Shown one piece after another: positions 8,125-17,506 of a DNA stretch of 56,382 nucleotides. The stretch is taken from positions 1-56,382 of the IMG/VR virus record IMGVR_UViG_3300019926_000028. One strand, 5' to 3'. This DNA is from a virus. Its lineage: Duplodnaviria > Caudoviricetes. The translations under genes and the position numbers were made by a program. The notes under the pieces were generated by a model. It was not told the DNA's origin. It ran no database searches and saw only the letters and a program-made list of their open reading frames with translations. Position 1 is the stretch's first letter. Every line of letters begins with the position of its first letter.

Positions 8125-9141
8125 ATGGTAGAAGTCTCGGAAGATACGGTTGACGCACTTGAGACGCTTGCCGAAGATAACGACGTTGAGTTTGATGCGG
8201 TTCGTGAAACGTTCAAAGAAAAATATGAAGAGGTGGGTGACAAAGCAGTTGGGGAAGTGAGTGACGAGAAGTTAGAACAACTTGCCCTGCGTGCAACACG
8301 AACGGCAGAATTGTCCGATAGTCGTGTTCCGACGAATGGAGTTGAAATGCTTACTGTCGGCGGTTCTGTCCGGAATTGGAACAACGGAGATACGTTTGTC
8401 GGTAAAGCTCTCGTTGATCTTGAACCGGATACTGATGAAGGGCGGAATTTCCTTTCGACGGTTATTATTGATGGGAGTGATGTAAGCCTCGGTGAAGTTG
8501 TTGATGCGTTTGGAGATGTTGGGAATATTGTCTCTGGTGAATTCTCTGTGAGTGAAGCGCATACGGACAAGTTCCGCGTGCTTAATTCGTCGGAAGATAC
8601 TGAACTGAATGTTCAAAAGCCGGATGATCGTGGCCCGATGATTGAAGAGATTCGTAATGTTGTCCCCGAAACCACCATTCGGGATATTACTGATAATCTA
8701 AGCCAAACGGAACGGACTGATGATGGTGATGTATATCCGGCTTCGTTTGGTGTTGATATTCGCCGTATGACTGTGGATATTTACGATGGATACAAGAATC
8801 CATCCGAAGGGAATGGGACATATACCGTCCGTGACGATACGGTTTTCGATGAAGATGATATCGTTGAGAGTCCCGTTTTTGACTCGGATAATGCAGGTGA
8901 AAATGCTACGCCCGGTTTGACGTGTTGGGCTGATCCGAGTATGATGGAGTATGGTACTGGTTCAGTTGTGGAGATGTTCGGTACTGTTTCTAAGAACGAA
9001 GATGGTATTGCTTCGATGAATGTTGATGGTATCGTGCCTATTATGGTTGAGGGTGAATTTGATGGCTATGAAGACAATTCTTCGGACGAAGCACCGGAGC
9101 GGGAGCAAACTTCGTCTAACGTTGACCGAACTTCAATTTAG
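8125..9141 (+). CDS. Acidic protein, possible OB-fold ssDNA-binding protein
   Basis: Beta-rich pattern and acidic C-terminal tail; lies between radA and a Sak4-like ATPase; BRE/TATA at about 8086. Function inferred. Confidence 0.4.
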   Translation: MVEVSEDTVDALETLAEDNDVEFDAVRETFKEKYEEVGDKAVGEVSDEKLEQLALRATRTAELSDSRVPTNGVEMLTVGGSVRNWNNGDTFVGKALVDLEPDTDEGRNFLSTVIIDGSDVSLGEVVDAFGDVGNIVSGEFSVSEAHTDKFRVLNSSEDTELNVQKPDDRGPMIEEIRNVVPETTIRDITDNLSQTERTDDGDVYPASFGVDIRRMTVDIYDGYKNPSEGNGTYTVRDDTVFDEDDIVESPVFDSDNAGENATPGLTCWADPSMMEYGTGSVVEMFGTVSKNEDGIASMNVDGIVPIMVEGEFDGYEDNSSDEAPEREQTSSNVDRTSI

Positions 9142-9149
9142 GTGATATA

Positions 9150-9623
9150 ATGGGCAAATCAGGACATATTGCAGATGGTAGCAAAGTTATGTGTAAATCA
9201 GAAGATGTGGAATTTGAAGGCCATTTGGAATCAGTAGATGTTTCGTTTGAAAGAGATGAAGAAATGGATGCAATTGGCTATGCTATGCACACAGATTCTT
9301 CAAATTCTTCGGAGAAGATTGGAATGAATGTCGGATATACTGAAAGGCATTTAAAGTTGGGTGGCCTTCAACAGATTTCGGGTGTTGGTAGATTGAAAGC
9401 AGAAGCACTGTATGACGGGGGATATGAGCGGGTTGAAGATATCAAGATGGCATCGCAAGAAGAGTTGAGCAATGTTGAAGGTATTGGGATGGCACTTGCC
9501 GCTCGTATCAAAGCAGATGTTGGCAGTGTTGGAGTTGATCCAGATGAAATAGTTGACGAATTAGAAGAATCCACGCCGTCTTTCTTAGAGGAAAATACGC
9601 TAATGGTGAATATCCATGAGTGA
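9150..9623 (+). CDS. Helix-hairpin-helix domain protein
   Basis: LQQISGVGRLKAEALYDGGY...LSNVEGIGMALAARIKADVG tandem HhH. Confidence 0.75.
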   Translation: MGKSGHIADGSKVMCKSEDVEFEGHLESVDVSFERDEEMDAIGYAMHTDSSNSSEKIGMNVGYTERHLKLGGLQQISGVGRLKAEALYDGGYERVEDIKMASQEELSNVEGIGMALAARIKADVGSVGVDPDEIVDELEESTPSFLEENTLMVNIHE

Positions 9624-9873
9624 ATGCGAAGCGTGTGGGCAAGAGCCTCCGGGTAATGCCGGGGAGGATTTAAGGAATCAAACGCGGATGAAGATAGATA
9701 AGATGGTTTACGGTGTATCTTGTGAGTGTGTCAAGTGCGGTACACGATTAGATCCACAAGATAGAATAGCAGATATCGAAGGAGAACGTACAGTTAAAGA
9801 AATGATTCAGAATGAACAGACCGATGAACCTAAATTCTTGGAGGGTGAAAGTTTAACACATGGGATGGAGTGA
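9616..9873 (+). CDS. Small zinc-ribbon protein
   Basis: CEAC and CVKC motifs; overlaps its neighbours. Confidence 0.6.
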   Translation: MSECEACGQEPPGNAGEDLRNQTRMKIDKMVYGVSCECVKCGTRLDPQDRIADIEGERTVKEMIQNEQTDEPKFLEGESLTHGME

Positions 9874-10810
9874 TGATAATGAGATCGAAGAAAAGAAGGC
9901 AGAGACAGTGGATACACCCGAAGAAAATCCACGGGAAGATGGTAATGAAGAAAACATGACAGACGATAATAGTACAGACTTGTCTTCGTTAGCTCCAAAT
10001 GCGATGGATATTGGAGAAGCGAGCGAGAAAGAGAGTCAGCATAAGATTATGTGCTGGTCGGACGAGGGGCAGGGAAAAACGCACTTCGGGTATACCATGC
10101 CCGATCCCATTTGCTTTATTGATACGGAAAACAAGGCAGATGATATCGCTCACAAATTTGAAGATAAGGAAGTGTATATTTGGCAACCCGATGATTTCGA
10201 TCAGGCTTGCCAACACCGTGATGAAGCTCTGAATTTCCTATCGGAGTACATGAGTCAGACGGGTGAGATTGGAACTATCGTTGTTGACTCTATGGCGGTT
10301 ATGTGGGAATGGAGTCAGTACAAGTTTATTGAGGAATGGTATCCCAATACTCCCCCGGAAGATGTGAATATTGAGTTGCAGGATTGGCCGAAGATTAAGG
10401 AATATCACAACAAGCACTTTCGGAAACCGTTTGAGAGTTGCGATTTCCACGTCTATTGGACGAGTACCCGGAAAGACGATGTTGGAGAAGTTATTTCCAA
10501 CGATGCTATTGATGAAGCACCGGATAAGCCGGGCGGTGAAAAAGAGAACGTGTATAAAGTCAATAGCATCATTCGACTGTACTTGAATCAAGATGGTGTT
10601 CCCGTTGGCGATCTACAGAAGAGTGGGTTGACTCGATTTAAGTACGTTGGTCTTGAACGTCCCACATTTGAAAAGCATAAAGAAATGCTTGATGAGATTC
10701 AGCGAATTGAGTCGGACGGTGCGAATAATGTTGGCGATGTGAAAGATATGTATAGTCTCGATTATGATGTACAGTTTACTGAAGCGAACACTATGAGGTA
10801 CTTAGAATGA
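9860..10810 (+). CDS. Sak4-like / AAA_24 P-loop ATPase
   Basis: Walker A SDEGQGKT, FIDTE, Walker B IVVDS; recombination context. Confidence 0.65.
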   Translation: MGWSDDNEIEEKKAETVDTPEENPREDGNEENMTDDNSTDLSSLAPNAMDIGEASEKESQHKIMCWSDEGQGKTHFGYTMPDPICFIDTENKADDIAHKFEDKEVYIWQPDDFDQACQHRDEALNFLSEYMSQTGEIGTIVVDSMAVMWEWSQYKFIEEWYPNTPPEDVNIELQDWPKIKEYHNKHFRKPFESCDFHVYWTSTRKDDVGEVISNDAIDEAPDKPGGEKENVYKVNSIIRLYLNQDGVPVGDLQKSGLTRFKYVGLERPTFEKHKEMLDEIQRIESDGANNVGDVKDMYSLDYDVQFTEANTMRYLE

Positions 10811-11175
10811 CTCCCGCTTTAACAGAAACAAAGGAATACGATCTGCCGTTTAGCGATTCGGTTGAGTTGGAAGTTAGTTACAACCGGATTTTAAGTCGGT
10901 TTACTATTGCCTCTCGTATGCCGAATGGCCTTCCGGAGCGGAATGAAAACAAGAAGCTTACAGAAAATGATTGGGATTTTCTACGTTGGATTGTAGATGA
11001 TTATACGAATAAGTCGTTCCGGCAGCTTTTAAATTCGGATGATTCTAATGATAAAGAAGTGGCTTATATTCTTAACATCACAATTGAGACTATACTCGGT
11101 AAGGAAATTACATCGTGGGAAGAATATAAAGGAGAAGAAGAGTTTGTAAGTAAAGGAAGTCTTGGTGTTCAATAA
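10807..11175 (+). CDS. Hypothetical protein
   Basis: Translationally coupled on both sides. Confidence 0.6.
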   Translation: MTPALTETKEYDLPFSDSVELEVSYNRILSRFTIASRMPNGLPERNENKKLTENDWDFLRWIVDDYTNKSFRQLLNSDDSNDKEVAYILNITIETILGKEITSWEEYKGEEEFVSKGSLGVQ

Positions 11176-11996
11176 TGATTACTAAAGCGAAATTCGAAAC
11201 GACCCGTGGTAATTTGCAGAAAATGCTCAAGTGGATTTCGGCCCCACTTGATGATCAATACGATAAGGCGTGGCTGAATATTCAAGATGAAGAATTACAC
11301 GCTGTTGCAAGTATGGGACAGGCAGTTGTCTCCTACTGTACTTTCAGCCAGCCTTTCGTTCAGGATATTGATATTCACGATGATGTTGATGCTTCTGCTG
11401 GTATTGAAAGCATGATTAACCTTGAAGACCTGAAGGATTACGTTGATTTCGTTGGCGGTGAACGGGTTGAAGTTTCGTTCTTGGGTAATGAGGGTGAGCA
11501 GTTGTGTCGGAAGATGGAAATTGATGGTGATATTCATGTTGATCTGTACGTTCCTTCTTCAGAGGCAGATTATGAGTCTCAACAGACAGGTATTGTGAAC
11601 CTGTATGATGATGAGAACCGTTGGCATAAGCCAAGCGACGATGAACCACTTTCGACCCGGTTCCGGACTAAGGTGCGAGAGTTTGAACGTATTGTGAAGG
11701 TGACACAGTTCGATGATTTCGCTCTTAGCACCTATCCCGTCGTGATCGAAGATGGTGAATTCTTGTTGGATGCGAAAGATGAAAACGAACGCAATTCCAT
11801 TCAGGGTAGCCTTGATGCTCAGGATGTTGACGGGCCGGATGTAAACAATTCCTATAGTCGTGGATTTGAGGAATTGTTCAATAACATTAGTGGTGAAGTG
11901 TGGGTTGATATTGAGCAGGATACTCCCATTAATGTTGTTCGGGAGAGTAATGATTCGGCGATGCAGCTACGTTTCATTTTGTTGCCTACGCAATAG
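11175..11996 (+). CDS. pcn: PCNA-like sliding clamp
   Basis: 273 aa. The N-terminus KAKFETTRGNLQKML...AWLNIQDEELHAVAS and C-terminus LRFILLP resemble PCNA ends; both RFC subunits and PolB are in the window. Confidence 0.65.
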   Translation: MITKAKFETTRGNLQKMLKWISAPLDDQYDKAWLNIQDEELHAVASMGQAVVSYCTFSQPFVQDIDIHDDVDASAGIESMINLEDLKDYVDFVGGERVEVSFLGNEGEQLCRKMEIDGDIHVDLYVPSSEADYESQQTGIVNLYDDENRWHKPSDDEPLSTRFRTKVREFERIVKVTQFDDFALSTYPVVIEDGEFLLDAKDENERNSIQGSLDAQDVDGPDVNNSYSRGFEELFNNISGEVWVDIEQDTPINVVRESNDSAMQLRFILLPTQ

Positions 11997-12038
11997 TAGA
12001 CGAAACGCTTTTATTTGACGGTCTACTCGTTTCTGTTA

Positions 12039-13340
12039 ATGAGCGACGATATGCTACCTGTTGGAGAGATTGTTACTGAACCACACTCTATTATCCAATC
12101 GGATGCTACTGAGTTACCGCATGAAGATGAGAGTTTTCACGCTATAGTTACTGATCCTCCATATGGATTAGCGTTTATGGGTAAAAATTGGGATCAGTTT
12201 GAACCAAAAGAATATCAACAATTTTGTGAAGATTGGGGTAAGGAATGCTTTCGTGTGTTGAAACCCGGTGGTCATATGCTTGCTTTTTCGGGTACGAGAA
12301 CGTATCACAGAATGGCTACTGGTGTTGAAGATGCTGGTTTTGATATTCGTGATAAAATTGATTGGCTCTACGGAGGTGGGTTTCCAAAAAACCACAATAT
12401 TTCTAAATCTATCGATAAAAAATTGGGAAAAGAAGATGAAAGAGAAAAAGACGGTGTAAAACCGGGACATGAAGAATTTGCTGATAGAGATACAGAAGGC
12501 CATTTGGGAGGTGAAGATTCTAATGAAGGTTATAAAAGACCGTGGATGGAAGAAGACGATGCTAATGAGTACCATTATAAAACGAAAGCCGCTACAGAAC
12601 AAGCACGTCGTTGGGAAGGGTTTGGGACAGCGTTGAAACCTAGCCATGAACCTATTGTAGTCGCTCGGAAACCGTTAGAAGAAGATACTGTGGCTGGACA
12701 AGTTATGGCTACAGGGACAGGTGCTTTGAATATTGATGGGACGAGAATTGCTACAGATGAAGAATGGGAAGGCAATAAAATGCGTGATGCTGATGAGGGA
12801 GTAGTTTTAGATGGTAGTGTAAGTGGTGAATTGAATCAACAGTCTTCGGGTAGTCACGAAGAAGATCGTTATCCTGCCAATATAATTCTTGATTTTGAAA
12901 CGGCTCAAATGTTGGATGAAGAAGTTGGTGAATCTACTTCGGCGGCTTCAAAAGAATATCATAAGGAATATGGCGATGATAGTATGATGATGGATGGTGA
13001 GAGCCATCCCGGTAATCAATATACCGATACAGGCGGTCCATCCCGGTTTTTCTATACGGCAAAAGCATCTAAGTCTGAACGAACGATGAATAATAGAATC
13101 GATAACCCCCACCCGACAGTCAAACCCGTTGATTTGATGGCTTATCTTGTTAGACTTGTTACTGCTGAAGGGCAGAAGGTATGTGACCCATTCTTGGGTT
13201 CAGGAACAACCCTTTTGGGTTGCGAGCAAGAAAATCGGGTAGGGTACGGTTCAGACATGGATAAGGAATACTGTGAGATAGCGACGAAGCGACTTGGGGT
13301 TCGGCTCGGGACTGAAATGGGTTCATTCATGGACTACTAA
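12039..13340 (+). CDS. DNA methyltransferase, N4-C/N6-A beta class
   Basis: TDPPY, RVLKPGG, HPTVKP, DPFLGSGTT; ATG at 12039 follows a BRE/TATA at 12001. Confidence 0.9.
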   Translation: MSDDMLPVGEIVTEPHSIIQSDATELPHEDESFHAIVTDPPYGLAFMGKNWDQFEPKEYQQFCEDWGKECFRVLKPGGHMLAFSGTRTYHRMATGVEDAGFDIRDKIDWLYGGGFPKNHNISKSIDKKLGKEDEREKDGVKPGHEEFADRDTEGHLGGEDSNEGYKRPWMEEDDANEYHYKTKAATEQARRWEGFGTALKPSHEPIVVARKPLEEDTVAGQVMATGTGALNIDGTRIATDEEWEGNKMRDADEGVVLDGSVSGELNQQSSGSHEEDRYPANIILDFETAQMLDEEVGESTSAASKEYHKEYGDDSMMMDGESHPGNQYTDTGGPSRFFYTAKASKSERTMNNRIDNPHPTVKPVDLMAYLVRLVTAEGQKVCDPFLGSGTTLLGCEQENRVGYGSDMDKEYCEIATKRLGVRLGTEMGSFMDY

Positions 13341-13341
13341 G

Positions 13342-14499
13342 ATGGATACCGCACAAGAGATTATTTTCGGTGAGAGTGGTTTTCCAAGAACAGTAGCTCA
13401 CGCTTCTAACGGTCATCTTCAGCAACATTTTATTCACTCAAAATCAGCTTTCGATATGTTTTTTGAACACAACAGACCGGATAAAAACCTCTATTCTTCC
13501 ATTTGTCGATTCCGTTCTGATATGCGCCCGGTCAATTGTAGCATCCCGTGGGACTTTGATTCTCCTATGAAAGACTCTGTTTTTGATGATGAGACAGACA
13601 GAGAAAAAGTAGAATTGATGCGTACTGATGAAGAGTTAGCAGATAAAATACTCGGTGAAGTGTGGGGAGATGCACAATCGCTTGTTAAAAGATGTAAACG
13701 GGATAACATACCAGCGGTTACAGTTTTTTCGGGGTTGGGAGTCCATGTTCATATGCTCTATAAAGATCGAGTTAACCCCGTAGAAGAGAAAGTTAGCACA
13801 TCAAATTATTATATTGATGAATGCGACTTGAACACTTACGACAGACAGATTATTACCGATACACGCAGGATTCTCCGTATTCCGAACAGTCAACGAGTAG
13901 ATGATGGTGTATCTGCTGGTGTTTGGTGCATCCCGATCACCGAAGATGAAGTATTAAACAACACCATACACGATTTATTGGAACGCTGTGCCTCTCCAAA
14001 GGATATTCCGTTCCATGATAGGTATAGGAAGGAAAACCGTCCTGAGATGGAAACTAAGGAGGGATACGAAGATGTTGATGAGAATACAACAGGAACAGAA
14101 CCGCTTAGAAACTCGGTAACTACAGAGCTTAATTCTGGTATGAAAGAGATTATTAAAGACTGTATAGCGATGCCATGCATTAAAGAGCGGTTCTTTACTC
14201 AAAACCCACATCACATGGTTCGATTCAACGGAGTTGCTTTCTTATATCAAGCAGGGTTCCATCCAGAAGAAGTGAGAGAAATAATTAGAAATATTGGTTG
14301 GATTGACTATGACGAAGAAATTACGTACAAAATGACAGAGCAAATATGGAATAGGAGATATTCGGAGATGAAATGTGAATCAATAAAATCGCTTGGTCTT
14401 TGCGTCTTTGGTGAAATGTTCAATAACTACAGCAATAATCCTGAAGATTGCGAAACATATAAGTATACGTCCGGCGAAGCATTATATCCATACGAGTGA
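13342..14499 (+). CDS. Archaeo-eukaryotic primase, PriS-PriL fusion
   Basis: WDFDSP, FSGLGVHVH, DTRRILRIPNS; C-terminal PC...HHMVRF...C....LGLC Fe-S-type domain. Confidence 0.8.
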   Translation: MDTAQEIIFGESGFPRTVAHASNGHLQQHFIHSKSAFDMFFEHNRPDKNLYSSICRFRSDMRPVNCSIPWDFDSPMKDSVFDDETDREKVELMRTDEELADKILGEVWGDAQSLVKRCKRDNIPAVTVFSGLGVHVHMLYKDRVNPVEEKVSTSNYYIDECDLNTYDRQIITDTRRILRIPNSQRVDDGVSAGVWCIPITEDEVLNNTIHDLLERCASPKDIPFHDRYRKENRPEMETKEGYEDVDENTTGTEPLRNSVTTELNSGMKEIIKDCIAMPCIKERFFTQNPHHMVRFNGVAFLYQAGFHPEEVREIIRNIGWIDYDEEITYKMTEQIWNRRYSEMKCESIKSLGLCVFGEMFNNYSNNPEDCETYKYTSGEALYPYE

Positions 14500-14505
14500 T
14501 TGAAA

Positions 14506-14661
14506 ATGTCTAAACCGCTACTAATTCAATGGTATAACTGTACCGAGTGTGGATACGAAACTGCTGCTTGGGATCAGGTTGCGTGTCCGAAATGCCAAGT
14601 AAATATGACACCAGTTGCAACAGCGGGTGCAATACTTGATAATCGAGGTGATATTAAATGA
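14506..14661 (+). CDS. Small zinc-ribbon protein
   Basis: Not in the ORF track: MSKPLLIQWYNCTECGY...CPKC. Confidence 0.55.
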   Translation: MSKPLLIQWYNCTECGYETAAWDQVACPKCQVNMTPVATAGAILDNRGDIK

Positions 14662-14756
14662 GAGAATGTATGAATCCGGATTGTTCGGATCGAACAGAGG
14701 GGATGTATAAAATGTTTTGTAGTAATTGTCATTGGTCGGTGGTTGTAGATGTTTGA
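14658..14756 (+). CDS. Small Cys-rich protein
   Basis: Not in the ORF track: MRECMNPDC...FCSNCH; coupled to both neighbours. Confidence 0.4.
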   Translation: MRECMNPDCSDRTEGMYKMFCSNCHWSVVVDV

Positions 14757-15711
14757 AAAACGCTATAGTTACGATGATTTACTTCTTGTTCCTCAGAAAT
14801 CACCAGTAGATACCCGATCCGATGTTGTTCTTGATACGAATGTAACTCCAAATAACAAAATCAGCATACCGCTCGTTTCTGCACCGATGGATTCGGTTAC
14901 AGGTGGAGAGCTTGCACAGAAAATGTGTGATAATGGTGGAGTGGGTATTGTTCACCGTTTTCAAGATATTGATAAACAAGTTGAACAGGTTAAATCTGTA
15001 GATGGGATCGTTGGTGCGTCTATTGGGTTGGGAAGAGATGGTTTTGATTCAGCATTTATGCTTGAAGAAGCTGGTGCTGATTTTATCTGTGTTGATGTTG
15101 CCCATGCACACATGAATAGATGTGTTTCACTCGTTGAAGAATTGAGTGAAGATATTAATGTTGATGTTATGGTAGGTAATGTTGCTACCGTACAGGGAGT
15201 TAAAGATTTAGTAAAGGCTGGTGCTGATTCTGTGAAGGTCGGCGTCGGCGGCGGATCGCACTGTAGTACAAGAGAAAAGACAGGACATGGCGTTCCACAA
15301 GCAAGTGTTGTAGAAGAGTGTTCATCCGATGTATTTGGCCTTAATCAAGACTATACTATTATTGCTGATGGCGGGATTCGGCAACCCGGTGATGCTGTTA
15401 AAGCATTAATGTTAGGTGCTGATGTTGTTATGATGGGCGGCATTTTCGGGAGAACACACGAGTCTCCGGGTGATGGTTCAGTTTGGGGCTGTGCATCCGA
15501 AGAAGCCGAAAGTGAAGATTATGTTGAAGGCGAAGTTTCGCATTCAGAAGAGAAATATAGTGTAGAAAGTGTGTTTATCAATTTTGAAGATGGTCTTCGT
15601 TCCGGTCTTAGCTACTCTGGTGGTCATTCTATCGAAGAAGCAAGAGAGAACGCACAATTTATTGAAGTGAGTCAATCTACTCAAGAACGGAATGGCGCTT
15701 TCGAAGCCTAA
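14749..15711 (+). CDS. IMP dehydrogenase / GMP reductase family enzyme (no CBS domains)
   Basis: YDDLLLVP, SAPMDSVT, VKVGVGGGSHCSTR (catalytic Cys), IIADGGIR, GLRSGLSYSG. Confidence 0.9.
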   Translation: MFEKRYSYDDLLLVPQKSPVDTRSDVVLDTNVTPNNKISIPLVSAPMDSVTGGELAQKMCDNGGVGIVHRFQDIDKQVEQVKSVDGIVGASIGLGRDGFDSAFMLEEAGADFICVDVAHAHMNRCVSLVEELSEDINVDVMVGNVATVQGVKDLVKAGADSVKVGVGGGSHCSTREKTGHGVPQASVVEECSSDVFGLNQDYTIIADGGIRQPGDAVKALMLGADVVMMGGIFGRTHESPGDGSVWGCASEEAESEDYVEGEVSHSEEKYSVESVFINFEDGLRSGLSYSGGHSIEEARENAQFIEVSQSTQERNGAFEA

Positions 15712-15748
15712 CGAAACATTTTTAAACTTCACTCTATAACGTTGAATC

Positions 15749-15801
15749 GCTGTGGCAGTTGGGTTCCACCACACCCCACCACCCCTCCCAATTGTCACAG
15801 T
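15749..15801 (+). ncRNA. Candidate stem-loop RNA with a C-rich loop
   Basis: 15-bp stem with 3 G-U pairs and a 23-nt C/A loop, beginning where the BRE/TATA at 15712-15727 predicts the transcription start. Confidence 0.45.
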
Positions 15802-15808
15802 TCACTTT

Positions 15809-15892
15809 GCACCCGTGTTCCAAGCTTGGTAAGGAGTCCGGCTTAAGACCGGATGGTATAGTCCCTCGTAGGTTCAAATCCTACCGGGTGCA
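15809..15892 (+). tRNA. trnL: tRNA-Leu (anticodon TAA)
   Basis: Acceptor stem GCACCCG/CGGGTGC plus A, anticodon arm TCCGG-CTTAAGA-CCGGA, long variable arm, T arm GTAGG-TTCAAAT-CCTAC. Confidence 0.93.
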
Positions 15893-15895
15893 TGA

Positions 15896-15957
15896 GCGCA
15901 GAAGGAAAACTGCGTGGAGGGCGCGTGACCTTGCCCCTTGAAGGGCGAGGGCGCGTC
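15896..15957 (+). ncRNA. GC-rich double hairpin downstream of the tRNA
   Basis: GCGCAG/CTGCGT and GGCGCG-TGA-CCTTGCCC/GGGCGAGG-G-CGCGTC stems. Confidence 0.35.
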
Positions 15958-15995
15958 AAACAAACCAAAATTATTTAAAGGCGAAACTGCTATTA

Positions 15996-16244
15996 ATGTG
16001 TATGACGCTTGGAACCGATTCAAATAGGGAGTGTCCTTCTTGTGGGAGAGAGATGAGCGGTGGATTGACTACCTATACTGGTGAACCGCCAGAATGTGCT
16101 ATTTGCCAAGGGCAAACTGTTATCGGTGATGGCGGTAGTCTTGATTTTGAAAGCGAATTATTTGAAGATGAAGAGGATAGAGAGAACTACGAAGGGGTGA
16201 AGGGTAAGAGTTTTAACCGGCGTCGTTCTATTACTTGTGTATGA
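15996..16244 (+). CDS. Small zinc-ribbon protein
   Basis: CPSC and CAIC motifs. Confidence 0.6.
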   Translation: MCMTLGTDSNRECPSCGREMSGGLTTYTGEPPECAICQGQTVIGDGGSLDFESELFEDEEDRENYEGVKGKSFNRRRSITCV

Positions 16245-16375
16245 ATCAGTTAGCTAATGACTGTCCCAATTGTGGAAATGAATTAGTTGAAAAATCTACT
16301 TTAGCTCATTGTACTAATTGTAATAGTCAATATAATTATAAGAGGAAAAAGCATTCAGTAGTTATATTACCATGA
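16241..16375 (+). CDS. Small zinc-ribbon protein
   Basis: Not in the ORF track: MNQLANDCPNCG...HCTNC; ATGA overlaps at both ends. Confidence 0.55.
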   Translation: MNQLANDCPNCGNELVEKSTLAHCTNCNSQYNYKRKKHSVVILP

Positions 16376-17283
16376 AAAACGAAATAAGGTCTGATATAGT
16401 TGATGGTATTTCAGATTTAGATGGTGGTTATTCAAATTTAATACCGTTTTCATATTTGGGTGGTAAGTACAAGCATTTGAATTGGATTCTTCCTAATTTA
16501 CCACATAAGAAATGTTATATTGAACCCTTTGGCGGAAGCGGTGTTGTTCTTTTGAATAGGAAACAGTCAGATCTTGAAACGTTCAATGATAAGTATTCAG
16601 AAGTAACAAACTTTTTCCGTGTTTTACGTAACAAACCAGATGAGTTACTTCAAAAGATAAGTTTAACACCATACTCCGAACAAGAGTTTAAAGACTGTCT
16701 TGAAAATAGAGATAGTATGTCTGATATTGAGAAAGCAAGGACTTTCTTTTTAATTGTTAATATGTCTTATGACAAAAACTTAGACAGTCCAAATTGGAGT
16801 TACAGTGTTAATTTTTCTTCATCGGGCGTAAGCAAGAAAATTTCTTCATACAAAGCTAAGATAAAAAGACTGAAACCGATAGCAAAGAGATTAACTGATG
16901 TTCAAATAACAAACAGAGACGCTATTGATGTTATACAAACATTTGACACGGAGCAAGGGCTGATTTATTGTGACCCACCATACCCACCTGAAGTAAGAGA
17001 GTTTGAGGATGCTTATGGCGTTGAGATGAAAGATGAAAAGCATAGGGAGATGGCTGAAGTTTTGCAGTCTTCTGAAGCGGATATTGCCATTTCTTCTTAC
17101 GAAAATGATTTATACAATGATTTGTTTTCTGGTTGGAACAGAATTGACGCTGAAGAAAAATCATTATCATCATCGCCGGGAGAAGGAAAGTCAACGACAA
17201 GAACAGAATGTTTGTATGTGAATTATGGTTCTGATTTTGACAATACAAGTGAAGTGAATGAACGTTCTGTTTTTGACTACTGA
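16372..17283 (+). CDS. Dam-like (D12 class) N6-adenine DNA methyltransferase
   Basis: YLGGK, YIEPFGGSG, YCDPPY. Confidence 0.9.
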   Translation: MKNEIRSDIVDGISDLDGGYSNLIPFSYLGGKYKHLNWILPNLPHKKCYIEPFGGSGVVLLNRKQSDLETFNDKYSEVTNFFRVLRNKPDELLQKISLTPYSEQEFKDCLENRDSMSDIEKARTFFLIVNMSYDKNLDSPNWSYSVNFSSSGVSKKISSYKAKIKRLKPIAKRLTDVQITNRDAIDVIQTFDTEQGLIYCDPPYPPEVREFEDAYGVEMKDEKHREMAEVLQSSEADIAISSYENDLYNDLFSGWNRIDAEEKSLSSSPGEGKSTTRTECLYVNYGSDFDNTSEVNERSVFDY

Positions 17284-17323
17284 ATCGTAAGTCTTTTTAC
17301 TAAGCAACTGTTAGTAACAGTTG

Positions 17324-17506
17324 ATGAAAGGCGATCACCGAATTGACGCAATCATTGAAGAAGAAGTACAGGAAGGAAGAGTTACACCAGCTTATATCGC
17401 GCACGTTGGCGATGTTTCAAAGTCGTATGTGAGTCAACGACTTTCGCTGATGGTTGAGCGAGATGAGATCGAAAAAGTATATCGCGGGCTTTACGAGTTG
17501 AAATAA
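17324..17506 (+). CDS. Small winged-helix DNA-binding protein
   Basis: TPAYIA...SKSYVSQRLSLMVERDEIEKVYRGLYEL wHTH pattern. Confidence 0.65.
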   Translation: MKGDHRIDAIIEEEVQEGRVTPAYIAHVGDVSKSYVSQRLSLMVERDEIEKVYRGLYELK

